Source: Candidatus Krumholzibacteriia bacterium (lineage in GTDB: Bacteria > Krumholzibacteriota > Krumholzibacteriia > Krumholzibacteriales > Krumholzibacteriaceae). From it: DNA of 64,000 nt. This document shows, one piece after another, positions 41,073-52,620 of this stretch. The notes beneath the pieces are model-generated. The model had not been told where the DNA came from. It saw only the letters and a list, made by a program, of their open reading frames with translations, and ran no database searches. Each line of letters opens with the position of its first letter. Position 1 is the first letter of the stretch. Position numbers and translations under genes: made by a program. The stretch spans positions 1,792,001-1,856,000 of the forward strand of contig CAWIIQ010000001.1 of NCBI GenBank assembly GCA_963836185.1, written 5' to 3'.

Positions 41073-41880
41073 CGGACTTCTCTTTCGAAAGCTTCTTCAA
41101 CTGAGCCGAGGCCCTGCGTTTCTCTGAAAAATCGTGCTTCGACTGCACCGCCCTGGCGTATGCCTGAGCGGCGAGGTCTGTCTCGCCATTATTCTCGCTT
41201 ATGAGCCCGATGTAGTACCAGCTCATACCGGCCCACGATGTCTCGGGATACTCATCTATGATCTTCTGGAAATAGATCCCCGCGGCATTGTAATGCTTTC
41301 TCTTGAAGTACAGCTTCGCGCTCTGGAAAGCCTTCTTCCCGAGCAGATCATAGATCTCGTCGCGGACCTGCAGGGCTTCCTCCCTGCGCGGGCTGTCGGG
41401 GAATATATCGAGGAACCTCTGTATCCTCACCAGCGCCTGATATGTTTCACGCTGGTCTCTCTCCGCCCTCTGGGTCATCTCGAAGGAACACAATCCCTCG
41501 AGGAAAAATGCGTCATCGACATATTCGCTGTAGCCGAAATCAGCGATCAGTATCCTGTATTCGACCGCGGCAAGGGCGAACTCACTGGCTCCCCTGTACG
41601 ACTCGGCCAACATGAACTGGGCGTAATCGCTTCTCTCATCCCCGGCGAAGACCGCGAGGAAATCCTTGTACTCCATTCCCGCCTGCGTGTACTTCTTTCT
41701 CCCGTACAGATCGTCCGCCAGCCTCAGCTTCTCATCCGGGACGTTCACGCTTTTAGCGGAATACGGCCCGCCGCATGAGGATAGCGTCGCGGCAAACAGG
41801 GTCATGAAAGCCAGCGACCTAACGAAGGTTTTTCTTCCTCTCAGCCTCAATCCTCTCAATCCTTTCCTTCGCCTTTTCAA
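41065..41880 (-). CDS. bamD: outer membrane assembly lipoprotein BamD
   Basis: Lipobox LSSC, TPR repeats, RDQRET.QAL, A.LY.KR..Y.AA; exact start uncertain. Confidence 0.85.
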   Translation of the reverse strand: MKRRRKGLRGLRLRGRKTFVRSLAFMTLFAATLSSCGGPYSAKSVNVPDEKLRLADDLYGRKKYTQAGMEYKDFLAVFAGDERSDYAQFMLAESYRGASEFALAAVEYRILIADFGYSEYVDDAFFLEGLCSFEMTQRAERDQRETYQALVRIQRFLDIFPDSPRREEALQVRDEIYDLLGKKAFQSAKLYFKRKHYNAAGIYFQKIIDEYPETSWAGMSWYYIGLISENNGETDLAAQAYARAVQSKHDFSEKRRASAQLKKLSKEKSGG

Positions 41881-42758
41881 CGAGCCTGCCGCTCGAACCG
41901 AGGTTCAGGTTGATGACTTCAGTATAGTAACGCAATGCCATCGGGTAGTCGTCCCTCGATTCATATATCTCGGCCAGCAGGAAATTCGCCTTTTCCCTGA
42001 CGAGCGGGTTAGCGGCGTCGGCGGCCAGTTCACCGAGTATCCTTTCGGCCTCCTCAGGGTCGCCGCCTGACAGCATCTCAGTCCCCGAATCGAGAAGCAG
42101 GTTCTCCAGTTTCCACTCTGCCGTGCTTCTCATCCTGCTCTTCGGGTACCGCTCCTGGAAATCCTTGTAGAGTTCTATTGCCTCGAGCGTATCACCGTGT
42201 CCCTCGTATGATGCTCCGAGGTCCATCATCACTCCCGCGGCACCTGCCGTATCGGGATATTCCCCGAGAAAAACGGAATAATAGTGTATCGCGCCGCGAT
42301 AGTCCTTCCTGTCGAGCATAAGGTCCCCGGCGAGCCCGTTGTACGGGCCAAAATCCAGGTCCGGATCGTAATTCACAGACTGGATTATGAACCGGCTTCC
42401 TTTCGCCGTCAGCCCCTTTTCGAGGCTCTCGAGCGCTTCTTCCTTCAGCACGCCTGCTATCCTTGGCGCCCATGTCGAGTCACTGATAAATATCTCGGCA
42501 AAACTGTCGGATGCCTCGGCCTCGATACCGAGCCTCATGTACGCTTTCCCGCTTAAGAACAGAAGCTCCGGAGTGCGTTCGCCTCCCCTTCGGAAGTGAA
42601 GCCTGATGATGTACAGAGCCTCGCGGTAGTTCCCTTTCGCGTACTCTTCCTCGGCCTGTTCGAGCACAGGCTTGCTTCCGCATGAAATAGCGGCTGCGGC
42701 CGATCAAGACAAGCCCGAGGAACACGAGCCTCCTGAAATGAAGTCGGAAGACTGTCAT
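41819..42758 (-). CDS. TPR lipoprotein (1-nt insertion near 42700)
   Basis: Removing one G joins MTVFRLHFRRLVFLGLVLI-AAAAISC (lipobox) to the TPR-rich ORF 41819..42667. Confidence 0.75.
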
Positions 42759-42770
42759 CCGTATCCCGGT

Positions 42771-43461
42771 TCAGTTTGAATCCTGATTAGAGAAGAACAG
42801 GTATACCAGGCCTACTACGATTCCAGTGACGATGACGGGTTCGACGAACCTGCTCCATTTGATCTCGTCCCTTACCGGCATGGTAAAATCACGCGCGGGA
42901 TCCTCTACGCGGTCAAGCAGCGAATACGCGATCCTGTCCTCGTACTTCTTCTGGGTCTCTCCGACCCAGACGATCTCGCCCGTTACCGAATCGAGCAGTT
43001 TGACGAATAAACCCATTTCCGCCAGCCTCTCGACCTCTTTCGCCCCGACCCAGTAGCTGCGGCCGATATCCGGGTACTCGATGGAGTAGGTTATGATCTG
43101 GTATGCGAACACATAGGCCGATGTCCCGGTCTGGTCCGTGTCCACGACCTTGGATGCTATTCTAAGCCCGGCTTCCGTCATCTTGCTGGCAAGCTCTGTT
43201 CTCGAAGACCTGGTCGATCCCTGAACTGACCCCGCCCTCCTTACGGAGGAGCAGGACCGTGTCCCTCGCCAGTGACGGCATATTCACTGCCAGCTCGTCG
43301 AGAGCCTCGCCGGCTATCTTCTCAAGTATCTCGTAGTTCGTAATCGTGTTCTCCCCGGTTCCCTGCGGAGAACTTACTGCCGGGAATGTCGTTATTATAA
43401 GGGCCAGGCACAGCACTACTGCCGTCCTGACCAGAAGTCTTTCGTCTCTGAAGCGATTCAC
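42771..43461 (-). CDS. secreted/membrane hypothetical protein (1-nt insertion near 43197)
   Basis: GTG 43461 after GGAGG; signal peptide; VFEN-ELASKMTEAG join; C-terminal VEPVIVTGIVVGLVYLFFS. Confidence 0.7.
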
Positions 43462-43579
43462 GAAATACCTCCAATAGGGGCTTCCTGTTCTATTTATAAA
43501 CGGCACGTGCCGTAAGATTCCGGCAGGAGCTGTATATTCCAGTTAACGTAGAATATAATCAGCATTTACGGATTCAATG

Positions 43580-44893
43580 TCAAATGAATTCTCCTGACGG
43601 CAGGGCGAAAAGGTCGTATGCCTCAGAGCGGTCCACAACAGCTTTGCCGATCGTCCCCTCGAGAGCAGCCGAATCCTCGAGCCATGTAATACCATCGATC
43701 TCGGGGGCCTGCCCGTACCACCGTCCCGAAACGGCCCCTTTCGTCCCGGAATCGACGAGCACCTCGATCTCACTGCCTTCCATATCGGCCAGTATATCGG
43801 CGGAAATATCGAATTGAAGGGAAGATAACTCTTCGAGCCTCTCGCTGATCACCTCGTCCGGGACCTGTTCCCCGAGACGCGCGGCGGGAGTCCCACGCTC
43901 AGGAGACCATTTGAATATACCGGCGTGGTTGAACCTGTACTCCTCGAGAAATGCGAAAAGCCGCTCGAAATCCCCGGCTGGTCTCGCCGGGGAACCCGGT
44001 CATGAGTGTCGTGCGTATCACCAGGCCCTCGATCCTCGATCTGAGGGTGTCGAATATGAATCGCAGCCCCTTTTCAGTGTACCCCCTCCCCATCCTTTCG
44101 AGAACGGGGTCCGCGACATGCTGGATCGGGATATCGAGATACGGGACCACCCTCGTCGAGCTGATGATACGGGCAATTCCCTCGGCGTCGATCCGGGCCG
44201 GATGGAGATACATCAGCCTGATCCACTCAAGGCCGTCTATGCGTGAGAGGCATTCGAGAAGGAAATGAAGATCATATGCCCCATCTCTATCGGTGCCCCA
44301 CGCTGTCGTGTCCTGAGCGATTACTATCAGCTCCCTGACTCCCGAAGAGGCGAGTGAAGCCGCCTCCCGCAGGAGTTCATCGCCGGAACGGCTCGCCAGA
44401 TCCCCTCTTATGGAAGGGATCGTGCAGTAACTGCACCTGTTCGAACACCCCTCTGATATCTTAGGTAGGCGGTGTGCGGAGGAGTGAAAAGGATCCTCCC
44501 CGTCCCGGGCGGAAGGTCCCCGGCAACGACATCGGCCAGTCCCTCCATCGATTCGACATCGAGAAAGATATCGACCTCGGGCATCAGATCCTTGAGCTTT
44601 TCGCCCTCCCTGGTCACGAGGCACCCGAGGACCGCGATAAGCTGCCACTCCTCCCTGGCTGCGGCGATCTCCAGTATCTGCTCGACAGATTCCTCTTCGG
44701 CCGCCTCGATGAATGCGCAGGTCGTCACGACGAGCAGCCCGGCCCCGGCAGGATCTGCTACCCCGGTCCAGCCCGCCATTTCGAGACGAGCGGCCGCTCT
44801 TTCCGCATCCACGAGGTTCTTGGGACAACCGAGATTGTAAAAGTGGTATGTCGCAGGGCGGTCGATATTATCTACTTTCCTCGTATTCTTCAC
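43580..44893 (-). CDS. rimO: ribosomal protein S12 methylthiotransferase RimO (indels near 44462 and 43979)
   Basis: LGCPKNLVD, TCAFI, KISEGCSNRCSYC, YLDIPIQH, GFPGET, APEIDG TRAM domain. Confidence 0.92.
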
Positions 44894-47042
44894 GGCTGAT
44901 GAGGACTTCCCGGGCCTTACTGCCCTCGAAGGGGCCGACTACACCCGACTGTTCGAGCATATCGATAAGCCGGGCCGCACGTGCGTACCCGACACGGAGA
45001 CGGCGCTGGATCAGCGATATTGAGCCCTGCTGATGGATTATCACGAGCTCCCGGGCTTTCTCGAAAAGCTCGTCGTCCACATCGGCCTCGTCCGTGCCTC
45101 CCGCCGCGGATTCCTCGGAAAGATCGATCTCAGCGCCCGGCCTGCCGAAATCCTTCCAGTAATCAGCGACGTTCTCCGCCTCACGCTCTGAGATATAAGC
45201 GCCCTGGATACGGACGGGCGTCGGGAGGTTCTTGGGCAGGTAGAGCATATCGCCGTTGCCGAGAAGTGTCTCGGCGCCGTTCACATCGAGGATGGTGCGC
45301 GAATCGGTCTTGGAAGTCACCTGGAACGCTATTCTCGTGGGGAAATTCGCTTTTATCAGCCCAGTCACGACATCTACCGACGGTCTCTGCGTGGCGAACA
45401 CGAGATGGATCCCGATCGCCCTGGCCATCTGGGACAGCCTCGTTATAGGCGGATATATCTCGTTCCCGAGGGAGACCATCAGGTCGGCCAGCTCGTCGAT
45501 CACCGTCACGTAGTATGGTAGTCTCGTAAGGATCTCGTCCGTAGACGGATCGCGGAGTTCCTCCGACTCGACCTTCCGGTTGAAGCTTTTTATATTCTTC
45601 ACACCGAACTGGGCGAGGAGCTTGTACCTGCGGTCCATCTCTATCGTGAGCCAGTTGAGGACCTTCAACGTCGGCCTGGCCTCCGTTATCACCGGATGGA
45701 GAAGGTGCGGGATATCGTTGTACGTTATCAGCTCCAGCCTCTTCGGATCTACGAGGATGAACCTGCAGGTAGCAGGCGTATGCGTGAACAGCAGCGAGCA
45801 GATGATCGAGTTTATACAGACGCTCTTGCCGCTCCCCGTCGCGCCGGCGATAAGCAGGTGGGGCATGTCGGCCAGGTCGGCGAAGTACGGCTCACCCATG
45901 ACAGTCTTACCCAGTACGACGTTCAGCCCTTCTCCCTTGTCCGGGAAGTGCTCCATCATCTCCTTGAGAAGGACAAGCTTGGGTTCCGGATTCGGGACCT
46001 CGATCCCGACCGCGCTTTTCCCCGGTATCGGCGCCTGGATCCTCAGCGATCTCGCGGCCAGGGCCAGCGAGAGGTCATCCGCCCTGTTGGCGATCTGGCT
46101 CACCCTGACTCCTGCCGCCGGCACGAACTCGAATGTCGTCACTACCGGCCCCGGCAGGACCTTCTGGACCTTTCCCTTAAGCCCGTAGTCGAGAAGCTTC
46201 GATTCGATCATCTCCGACCGGGCGATCAGGTCATCCCTGCTGAACGTCACCGCCGATTCATCGTAATCGTCGAGAAGTGAAAGGTCGGGCAGAGGCGCGT
46301 TGTCGGCCGGTGTTGCCGCTGCTCCTGCGTGCTTTGCCTGCGTCTCGGCTGCTTCAGTCTTTTTCTTCGGTTTCGGCGCCGGAGCACGTCGCTCCGGGAT
46401 GTCGATCTGCACCGGCTCATCCTCGTCGTACGCTTCCTCTCTCTCGGGTATTTCGCCAGCGGCGGCCTTTTTCTTCTTCCTGATCCTGGCACGCGGTTTT
46501 GCCTTTTTTTCACTTCGGCGAAGTGACGGGAAAGAAGGCCTCGGGACCCTGATCCCTCCAGAATTTTCGATCGCGTCCCGTATCCGTCCGAAGAATATCG
46601 TGACGAGCGTGACGAGAAGCGCCGCGGAGAGGACCAATATCGAACCGGTCCTGCCGATCAGCATCTCTAGCAGGTCATAGATCCCGGTTCCCACTCTGCC
46701 CGCCGCCTCAGGAGCGTCGAAATACGCAGCCAGCGCTGTAAGGATCAGTGTCAGCAGCCCGGCAAGGACGATGGGTCGTTTTCTCTCGGACACAAGACGC
46801 CCCGAGATCGTTATCGCGCCGGCATAGAGAAGGACAAGCGGCACGATCCACGAGAAATGCGAGCCGAACACCCACCTGAGAACGTCAGCTGTCACAGCGC
46901 CTACAGGACCGCAATTGTTCTCCACATCCCACCTTGATGTCGAGATCGTATCATTCCTGTCATACGACTGCAGGGCCGCCCCCACAAAGATCGCAGTGAC
47001 TATCAGGATCAGGCCGACAGCTATTTTCTTCTTTCCCGGCAC
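44868..47042 (-). CDS. ftsK: DNA translocase FtsK
   Basis: 4TM N-terminus, PHLLIAGATGSGKS, DELADLM, ATQRPS, gamma domain QRRLRVGYARAAR. Confidence 0.96.
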   Translation of the reverse strand: MPGKKKIAVGLILIVTAIFVGAALQSYDRNDTISTSRWDVENNCGPVGAVTADVLRWVFGSHFSWIVPLVLLYAGAITISGRLVSERKRPIVLAGLLTLILTALAAYFDAPEAAGRVGTGIYDLLEMLIGRTGSILVLSAALLVTLVTIFFGRIRDAIENSGGIRVPRPSFPSLRRSEKKAKPRARIRKKKKAAAGEIPEREEAYDEDEPVQIDIPERRAPAPKPKKKTEAAETQAKHAGAAATPADNAPLPDLSLLDDYDESAVTFSRDDLIARSEMIESKLLDYGLKGKVQKVLPGPVVTTFEFVPAAGVRVSQIANRADDLSLALAARSLRIQAPIPGKSAVGIEVPNPEPKLVLLKEMMEHFPDKGEGLNVVLGKTVMGEPYFADLADMPHLLIAGATGSGKSVCINSIICSLLFTHTPATCRFILVDPKRLELITYNDIPHLLHPVITEARPTLKVLNWLTIEMDRRYKLLAQFGVKNIKSFNRKVESEELRDPSTDEILTRLPYYVTVIDELADLMVSLGNEIYPPITRLSQMARAIGIHLVFATQRPSVDVVTGLIKANFPTRIAFQVTSKTDSRTILDVNGAETLLGNGDMLYLPKNLPTPVRIQGAYISEREAENVADYWKDFGRPGAEIDLSEESAAGGTDEADVDDELFEKARELVIIHQQGSISLIQRRLRVGYARAARLIDMLEQSGVVGPFEGSKAREVLISREEYEESR

Positions 47043-47107
47043 AATGGCTCCATCTATGTAAAATACAGAACTACCTTAAGCTGGCCCCGGTCACATAAAC
47101 CGATTTC

Positions 47108-48187
47108 TCAAGCTCCGGCTCTTTCTATCCTTTTCTTATCAATGATTTCACTGAAGGTAAAGCAGTTTTTGACGGGATCGCCGCTCAGAACAGCTGAGAT
47201 CACCGCCAGACCGTCCGAACCGGCATCAAGGACGCTCCCGGCATTCTCCGCCCTGATCCCTCCTATCGCGACTACCGGAAGGGATGTCGAGCGCTTCGCC
47301 GAAGAGACCATCTCGAGCCCTGTTATCACGGCATCATCTTTAGTGGAGGTCGGGAAAACGGCACCGACGGCGATATAATCGAGTAGCTCGAGCGGAGCCG
47401 CTGCGATCTCGCCGGGAGTCCGAACGCTCAGCCCGATGATACGTCCGGGCCCGAGAATATCCCTCGCCGTTGCCGGATCTGCGTCTGATGAACCGAGATG
47501 GACACCTCCAGCGCCTGTTTCCGCGGCAAGTCCGGGATGATCGTTGACTATAAGGGGGATCCCCGCCATCTCCGTTACCGGGATCACCGACGCCAGGTCG
47601 CGCCGCATCTCCCCTATGGAAATAGCCTTCGCCCGGTACTGGATCATGCCGCTTCCTCCCTCGACAAGTGCGGCAGCCGTAGCGGCCACCTCCCCTTGCG
47701 CCACGAACGACCTGTCTATGAAGGTATAGAGAAAAGGAAGGTCGGGAAAAGGAATCTCAGCGGGGCCGCCCGCCAGGAAGGCCTTTTCCATCTCGTACAC
47801 CCTGAAACGCAAGTTCTTCGCTCTCCTCGACCCTTCTGGAAATTCCAGCTTGGCGAATTCCTCTATTACCCTCAGGCCCTCCTCCACCCTGAAGAAATTT
47901 GCCCGGGCCGCTGCGGCCAGCGACTCTCTTCTCTCCTCGGAAGGTGTCGAGAACCTGCCTCCGACATCACCCGCGCTGTCCCGGAACTTCGTGGTATCAG
48001 CAGCGAAGAGGCCGGAAAGCCCTCTTACCTCGTGCCGCAGGTCCTTGACGGCCCGGGTCAGCTGCTCGTCTCCCACGGCGAATCTGGCGATCTCCTCTAT
48101 GACCCTGATCCCTTCGGCACACCGGTTGATATTGGCGTCTATTATCCTGAGTACGATCGCGTCGCTTTCGGGGAGATCATCGAGCAT
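47108..48187 (-). CDS. thiE: thiamine-phosphate synthase with N-terminal ThiD2-like helical domain
   Basis: RIIDANINRCAEGIRVIEE, RD..GDVG; QYRAK, IVND, GVHLG, FPTSTK, AIGGI. Confidence 0.9.
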   Translation of the reverse strand: MLDDLPESDAIVLRIIDANINRCAEGIRVIEEIARFAVGDEQLTRAVKDLRHEVRGLSGLFAADTTKFRDSAGDVGGRFSTPSEERRESLAAAARANFFRVEEGLRVIEEFAKLEFPEGSRRAKNLRFRVYEMEKAFLAGGPAEIPFPDLPFLYTFIDRSFVAQGEVAATAAALVEGGSGMIQYRAKAISIGEMRRDLASVIPVTEMAGIPLIVNDHPGLAAETGAGGVHLGSSDADPATARDILGPGRIIGLSVRTPGEIAAAPLELLDYIAVGAVFPTSTKDDAVITGLEMVSSAKRSTSLPVVAIGGIRAENAGSVLDAGSDGLAVISAVLSGDPVKNCFTFSEIIDKKRIERAGA

Positions 48188-48216
48188 TTCAGTTCTTTCT
48201 GGAAAGATCCCCGGTA

Positions 48217-48948
48217 TCAGGGTTCGATAAGGCCCTGTACCAGTTCCGGGACCTTCCGGATGCTGCCCCTTCTGGAGCAGTATGAGATGTCATTTTCATA
48301 TCCGAGCTTGATGAGCTGCCTGCCCCTGTCGGTTGAGAGCAGATAATCCTCGATCCTTTCCCCGTACCTGTCGGCGAGCAATGCGGCGACCGACGCAGAA
48401 TCATCGAGAGAAGTAGCGGCTACTGGCGGTGAGAGAGCGCCGATAAGAAGCCCTGCGCACAGCAGGTCCTCGCCGGCTATCCTGCCATGGTTCCCGCTGC
48501 ATATGATGACCAGGTCATCCACACCCGACACCTCTTCCGCGACGGCATCGACATTGAGTATCGAACAGATGATCAGCCTGCCCGCCTTCGCCGCGGCGGC
48601 CGCGATCGCGGGCGTACCGTTCGAAGTGGCAAGTATGATCGTCCTGCCGCCGATCGTATTCCTGTCGAGCTCGGACGGTGAATTGAACAGGTCGAATCCT
48701 TCTATCGGCAGCCCCTTCTGCTCGCCCGCAAGGAGTTTGTCCCCCCTGTCCGAGAGGCTCACAAGCCTTGTAGCGGTCTCGATGCTCTCCACCGGCAGAA
48801 CCCTCGCAGCGCCGTTTTCGAGAGCGGCCAGGATCGTACTGGTCGCCCTCAGGACATCGATCACTACGACAACGGCCCCATGATAGCTTTCACCGGAGGC
48901 CTCACCGGCAGTGGCGAAGAAACGGATCCCGCCACGGTTCGAGATCAT
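48217..48948 (-). CDS. comB: 2-phosphosulfolactate phosphatase (ComB) family protein
   Basis: VVIDVLRATSTI, FDLFNSPSE, TSNGT, EDLLCAG. Confidence 0.88.
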   Translation of the reverse strand: MISNRGGIRFFATAGEASGESYHGAVVVVIDVLRATSTILAALENGAARVLPVESIETATRLVSLSDRGDKLLAGEQKGLPIEGFDLFNSPSELDRNTIGGRTIILATSNGTPAIAAAAAKAGRLIICSILNVDAVAEEVSGVDDLVIICSGNHGRIAGEDLLCAGLLIGALSPPVAATSLDDSASVAALLADRYGERIEDYLLSTDRGRQLIKLGYENDISYCSRRGSIRKVPELVQGLIEP

Positions 48949-50285
48949 CTTCCGCTCCTGTCGATAAAAGAAGTATCGAACTCTCCACTTATGAACTTTT
49001 CATGACGGAGTATCCACAGGTGAAACGCGATAGTCGTCGGCACTCCCTCGATCACGCATTCCTCGAGCGACCTGATCATACGGGTCCGGGCCTCTTCCCT
49101 CGTCTCGCCCCATGTGATTATCTTTGCCAGCAGCGAATCGTAGTAGGGCGGCACGGTATACCCGGCATAGAGATGCGAGTCGACCCTTACTCCCGGCCCC
49201 CCTGGAGGATGATAGAAAGAAACGAGGCCCGGGGAAGGCTTGAATTCCTTTTCGGGATCCTCAGCGTTGATCCTGCACTCGATCGCGTGGCCTCTTATAT
49301 CGGGATTCCCGTCGAGCAACGGGCTTTCCCCGGTCGAGGCGAGCCTGATCTGCTCCTTGATCAGGTCGACTCCCGTGACCATCTCCGTCACCGGATGCTC
49401 CACCTGAACCCTCGTATTCATCTCGAGAAAATATACGTTCCCTACTTTATCGACGAGGAACTCGACCGTTCCCAGGGATCCGTATTTCACATATTGCGCG
49501 CCCCTGACAGCGTAATCGAGTATCTTCTCCCTCATCTCTGCGGGTATTCCCGGGGCGGGTGATTCCTCTATGAGTTTCTGATGCCTCCTCTGGATGCTGC
49601 ACTCACGTTCCCTGAGATGAACGGCTCTTCCGTTCCCGTCACCGAAGACCTGTACCTCGATGTGCCTCGGGTTCTCGAGGTATTTCTCGAGGTAGAGTCC
49701 GCCATCCCCGAACGATGCCTCAGCCTCGGCACCTGCAGCGTGGAAGAGCGAGGAGAGTTCATCAATTCCTCGCACGATCCTGATCCCTCTGCCTCCTCCT
49801 CCGGCAACGGCTTTTATCATGACGGGATACCCGATCTGGCCGGCCAGCTTCAGCGCCACCTCCTCACCTTCGACGATCCCTTCGCTCCCTGGAATTATGG
49901 GAAGCCCCGCCTCCTTCATCAGCCTCCTGGCCTCCGACTTGTGCCCCATCTTCTCCATCAGCGAAGGCGCGGGCCCGATCCAGTCGAGATTGCAGGACAG
50001 GCATACTTCGGCGAAGTATGGGCTCTCGGCGAGGAATCCGTATCCGGGGTGAACAGCGTCAGCGCCGGTGATCTCGGCCGCTGCTATCAGCCTGGGGACA
50101 TTGAGATAGCTTTCGATGGGCTGGGCCTTACCGATACACACGTCCTCATCGGCAAATTTGACATGGAGAGACTCAGTGTCCGCCTCCGAATGGACGGCGA
50201 CCGTCCTGATGCCCAGCTCTCTGCACGCACGTATGATTCGCAGGGCGATCTCGCCCCTCGCGGCTATCAGGATTTTATTGTACAT
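48945..50285 (-). CDS. accC: acetyl-CoA carboxylase biotin carboxylase
   Basis: [55 protein letters not shown]. Confidence 0.96.
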   Translation of the reverse strand: MYNKILIAARGEIALRIIRACRELGIRTVAVHSEADTESLHVKFADEDVCIGKAQPIESYLNVPRLIAAAEITGADAVHPGYGFLAESPYFAEVCLSCNLDWIGPAPSLMEKMGHKSEARRLMKEAGLPIIPGSEGIVEGEEVALKLAGQIGYPVMIKAVAGGGGRGIRIVRGIDELSSLFHAAGAEAEASFGDGGLYLEKYLENPRHIEVQVFGDGNGRAVHLRERECSIQRRHQKLIEESPAPGIPAEMREKILDYAVRGAQYVKYGSLGTVEFLVDKVGNVYFLEMNTRVQVEHPVTEMVTGVDLIKEQIRLASTGESPLLDGNPDIRGHAIECRINAEDPEKEFKPSPGLVSFYHPPGGPGVRVDSHLYAGYTVPPYYDSLLAKIITWGETREEARTRMIRSLEECVIEGVPTTIAFHLWILRHEKFISGEFDTSFIDRSGR

Positions 50286-50294
50286 CGACCCGTT

Positions 50295-51443
50295 CTAGAG
50301 TTCGCCAGTGGTTGAGCCACCGGTCGTCTCGGCACCCTCGAAGGTATCCCATGTCTTGTCACTCGTGGCATGGATACCCTTGAGACGCAAAGCAAACTCG
50401 TGCGGGTTGGAGCTGTTCTTCAGGGCCTCTTCCATGCTGATACTTCCATTGCTGAGAAGCTGCATCAGCGACTGGTCGAAACTCTGCATCCCGTGGGACG
50501 TCACTCCCTCCCTGATCGCCTGCTTGATCAAGGGCGCCTTGTCTGGGTCAATAATATACTCGCGGATCGTAGAAGTTACAATCATAACTTCCACCGCGGG
50601 CACCCGGCCCTTGCCTTCCTTGACCGGAATGAGGCGCTGCGAGATGACCGCCTGCAGCGTCGAGGAGAGAAGATATCTGATCTCCTGGTGCTGGTGAGGC
50701 GGAAAGAACGAGATAACGCGGTTGATCGTCTGGGTAGCATCGATCGTATGGAGTGTGGAGAGGACGAGGTGGCCCGTATCGGCTGCCATAAGGGCGATCT
50801 CCATCGTCAGGGCGTCACGGATCTCTCCAACGAGGATCACGTCCGGGTCCTGCCTCAGGATGTGCCGCAGCGCTTCGTGGAAGGAAGATGTATCACTCCC
50901 TATCTCGCGCTGGTTGATGATGCTCTTTCTGTCCTGGTGAAGAAACTCGATCGGGTCCTCTATCGTGATGACATTCTTGTTAGCATTCTCGTTTATCTCC
51001 CTGACCATCGCGGCGAGAGTCGTCGACTTTCCGCTTCCGACCGTTCCGGTAACGAACATCAGCCCTCTCGGTTTCTTTGCCAGGTCCTTCAGTATCTCGG
51101 GAAGATCGAGCTCGTCGACCGACTTGATCTCCACGGGGACATGCCTGAAGACCATCGCTATAGATCCGCGCTGAACGTAGAAATTGGCCCTGAACCTGGC
51201 AAGGCCGGATACGCCGAAAGCGAAATCGACTTCACGGGTATTCTTGAAACGGTCCTTCTGGGGAGGAGTGAGGATCTGATCGGCGACCTCTTCCATGTCC
51301 TTCGGAGAGGGCCTGTCAAAATCCAGATGGATCAGTTTTCCGTCGACCCTGGTAACCGGCGGAAGACCGGCCTTCAAATGGAGATCGGAGCCGCCTTTTG
51401 CGATCATTGCCTCGAGGATGCTCTTGATGTTCATCCCGTACAC
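50295..51443 (-). CDS. pilT: type IV pilus retraction ATPase (PilT/PilU family)
   Basis: [56 protein letters not shown]; AIRNLIRE replaced by TIREYIID (PilU/PilT2-like). Confidence 0.9.
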   Translation of the reverse strand: MYGMNIKSILEAMIAKGGSDLHLKAGLPPVTRVDGKLIHLDFDRPSPKDMEEVADQILTPPQKDRFKNTREVDFAFGVSGLARFRANFYVQRGSIAMVFRHVPVEIKSVDELDLPEILKDLAKKPRGLMFVTGTVGSGKSTTLAAMVREINENANKNVITIEDPIEFLHQDRKSIINQREIGSDTSSFHEALRHILRQDPDVILVGEIRDALTMEIALMAADTGHLVLSTLHTIDATQTINRVISFFPPHQHQEIRYLLSSTLQAVISQRLIPVKEGKGRVPAVEVMIVTSTIREYIIDPDKAPLIKQAIREGVTSHGMQSFDQSLMQLLSNGSISMEEALKNSSNPHEFALRLKGIHATSDKTWDTFEGAETTGGSTTGEL

Positions 51444-51572
51444 CTTCCCGTGAGCGGCAGCCGAAAAGACGAAATCCCGCCTTATACGGCTAACGCGTTA
51501 TTCATAAACTAGTTATGTATTGAAACCGGAATCCGTATCGATTCCGGTCTGCCGGAAGGTTTTTTGCAAGGA

Positions 51573-52048
<476 letters not shown>

Positions 52049-52049
<1 letters not shown>

Positions 52050-52606
52050 TATACCCGCTCAATATATTTACCGGTCCTCGTATCTACTTTCAGGACGTCC
52101 CCCTGCTCGATGAACAGCGGCACGGTCACGATCGCTCCCGTCTCTACTTTCGCCGGCTTGGATCCGCCCTGCGCCGTATCGCCCCTCAGGCCGGGCTCCG
52201 TCTCTGTCACTTCAAGTTCTACGAATGTCGGAAGCTCCACCGCGATAGGAGTCTCACCGTCGAGCAGGACAGAGAGCTCCATGCTCTCCTTCAGATAAGG
52301 GAGCAGATCCGCGAGCAATCCCTCTGCAAGCGGGAACTGCTCGTAAGTCTCTGTATCCATCACATAATAGAAATCATCACTCTTGTAGAGATACTGATAC
52401 GTATGCCGTTCCACGCGGACAGTCGATATCTTCTCCCCGGCCCTGAAGGTCTTGTCGATGACCGCTCCTCCAGGCAACTTCTTCAGTTTCGTCCTTACGA
52501 ACGCTCCGCCCTTACCCGGCTTGACGTGCTGGAACTCGACGATGGTGTAGAGCTGCTCGTCCATCCTGAGGATAAGTCCATTCCTGAAATCACTCGTATC
52601 TGCCAA
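52049..52606 (-). CDS. efp: elongation factor P
   Basis: VEFQHVKPGKGGAFVRTK, PGLRGDT, VDTRTGKY. Confidence 0.96.
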
Positions 52607-52620
52607 GATTTTCCTTCCCT

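Noticed and set aside
51444-51572. c-di-GMP riboswitch upstream of pilT
   Set aside because: No GEMM consensus elements (GGCAAAC/GAAA tetraloop-receptor) recognisable
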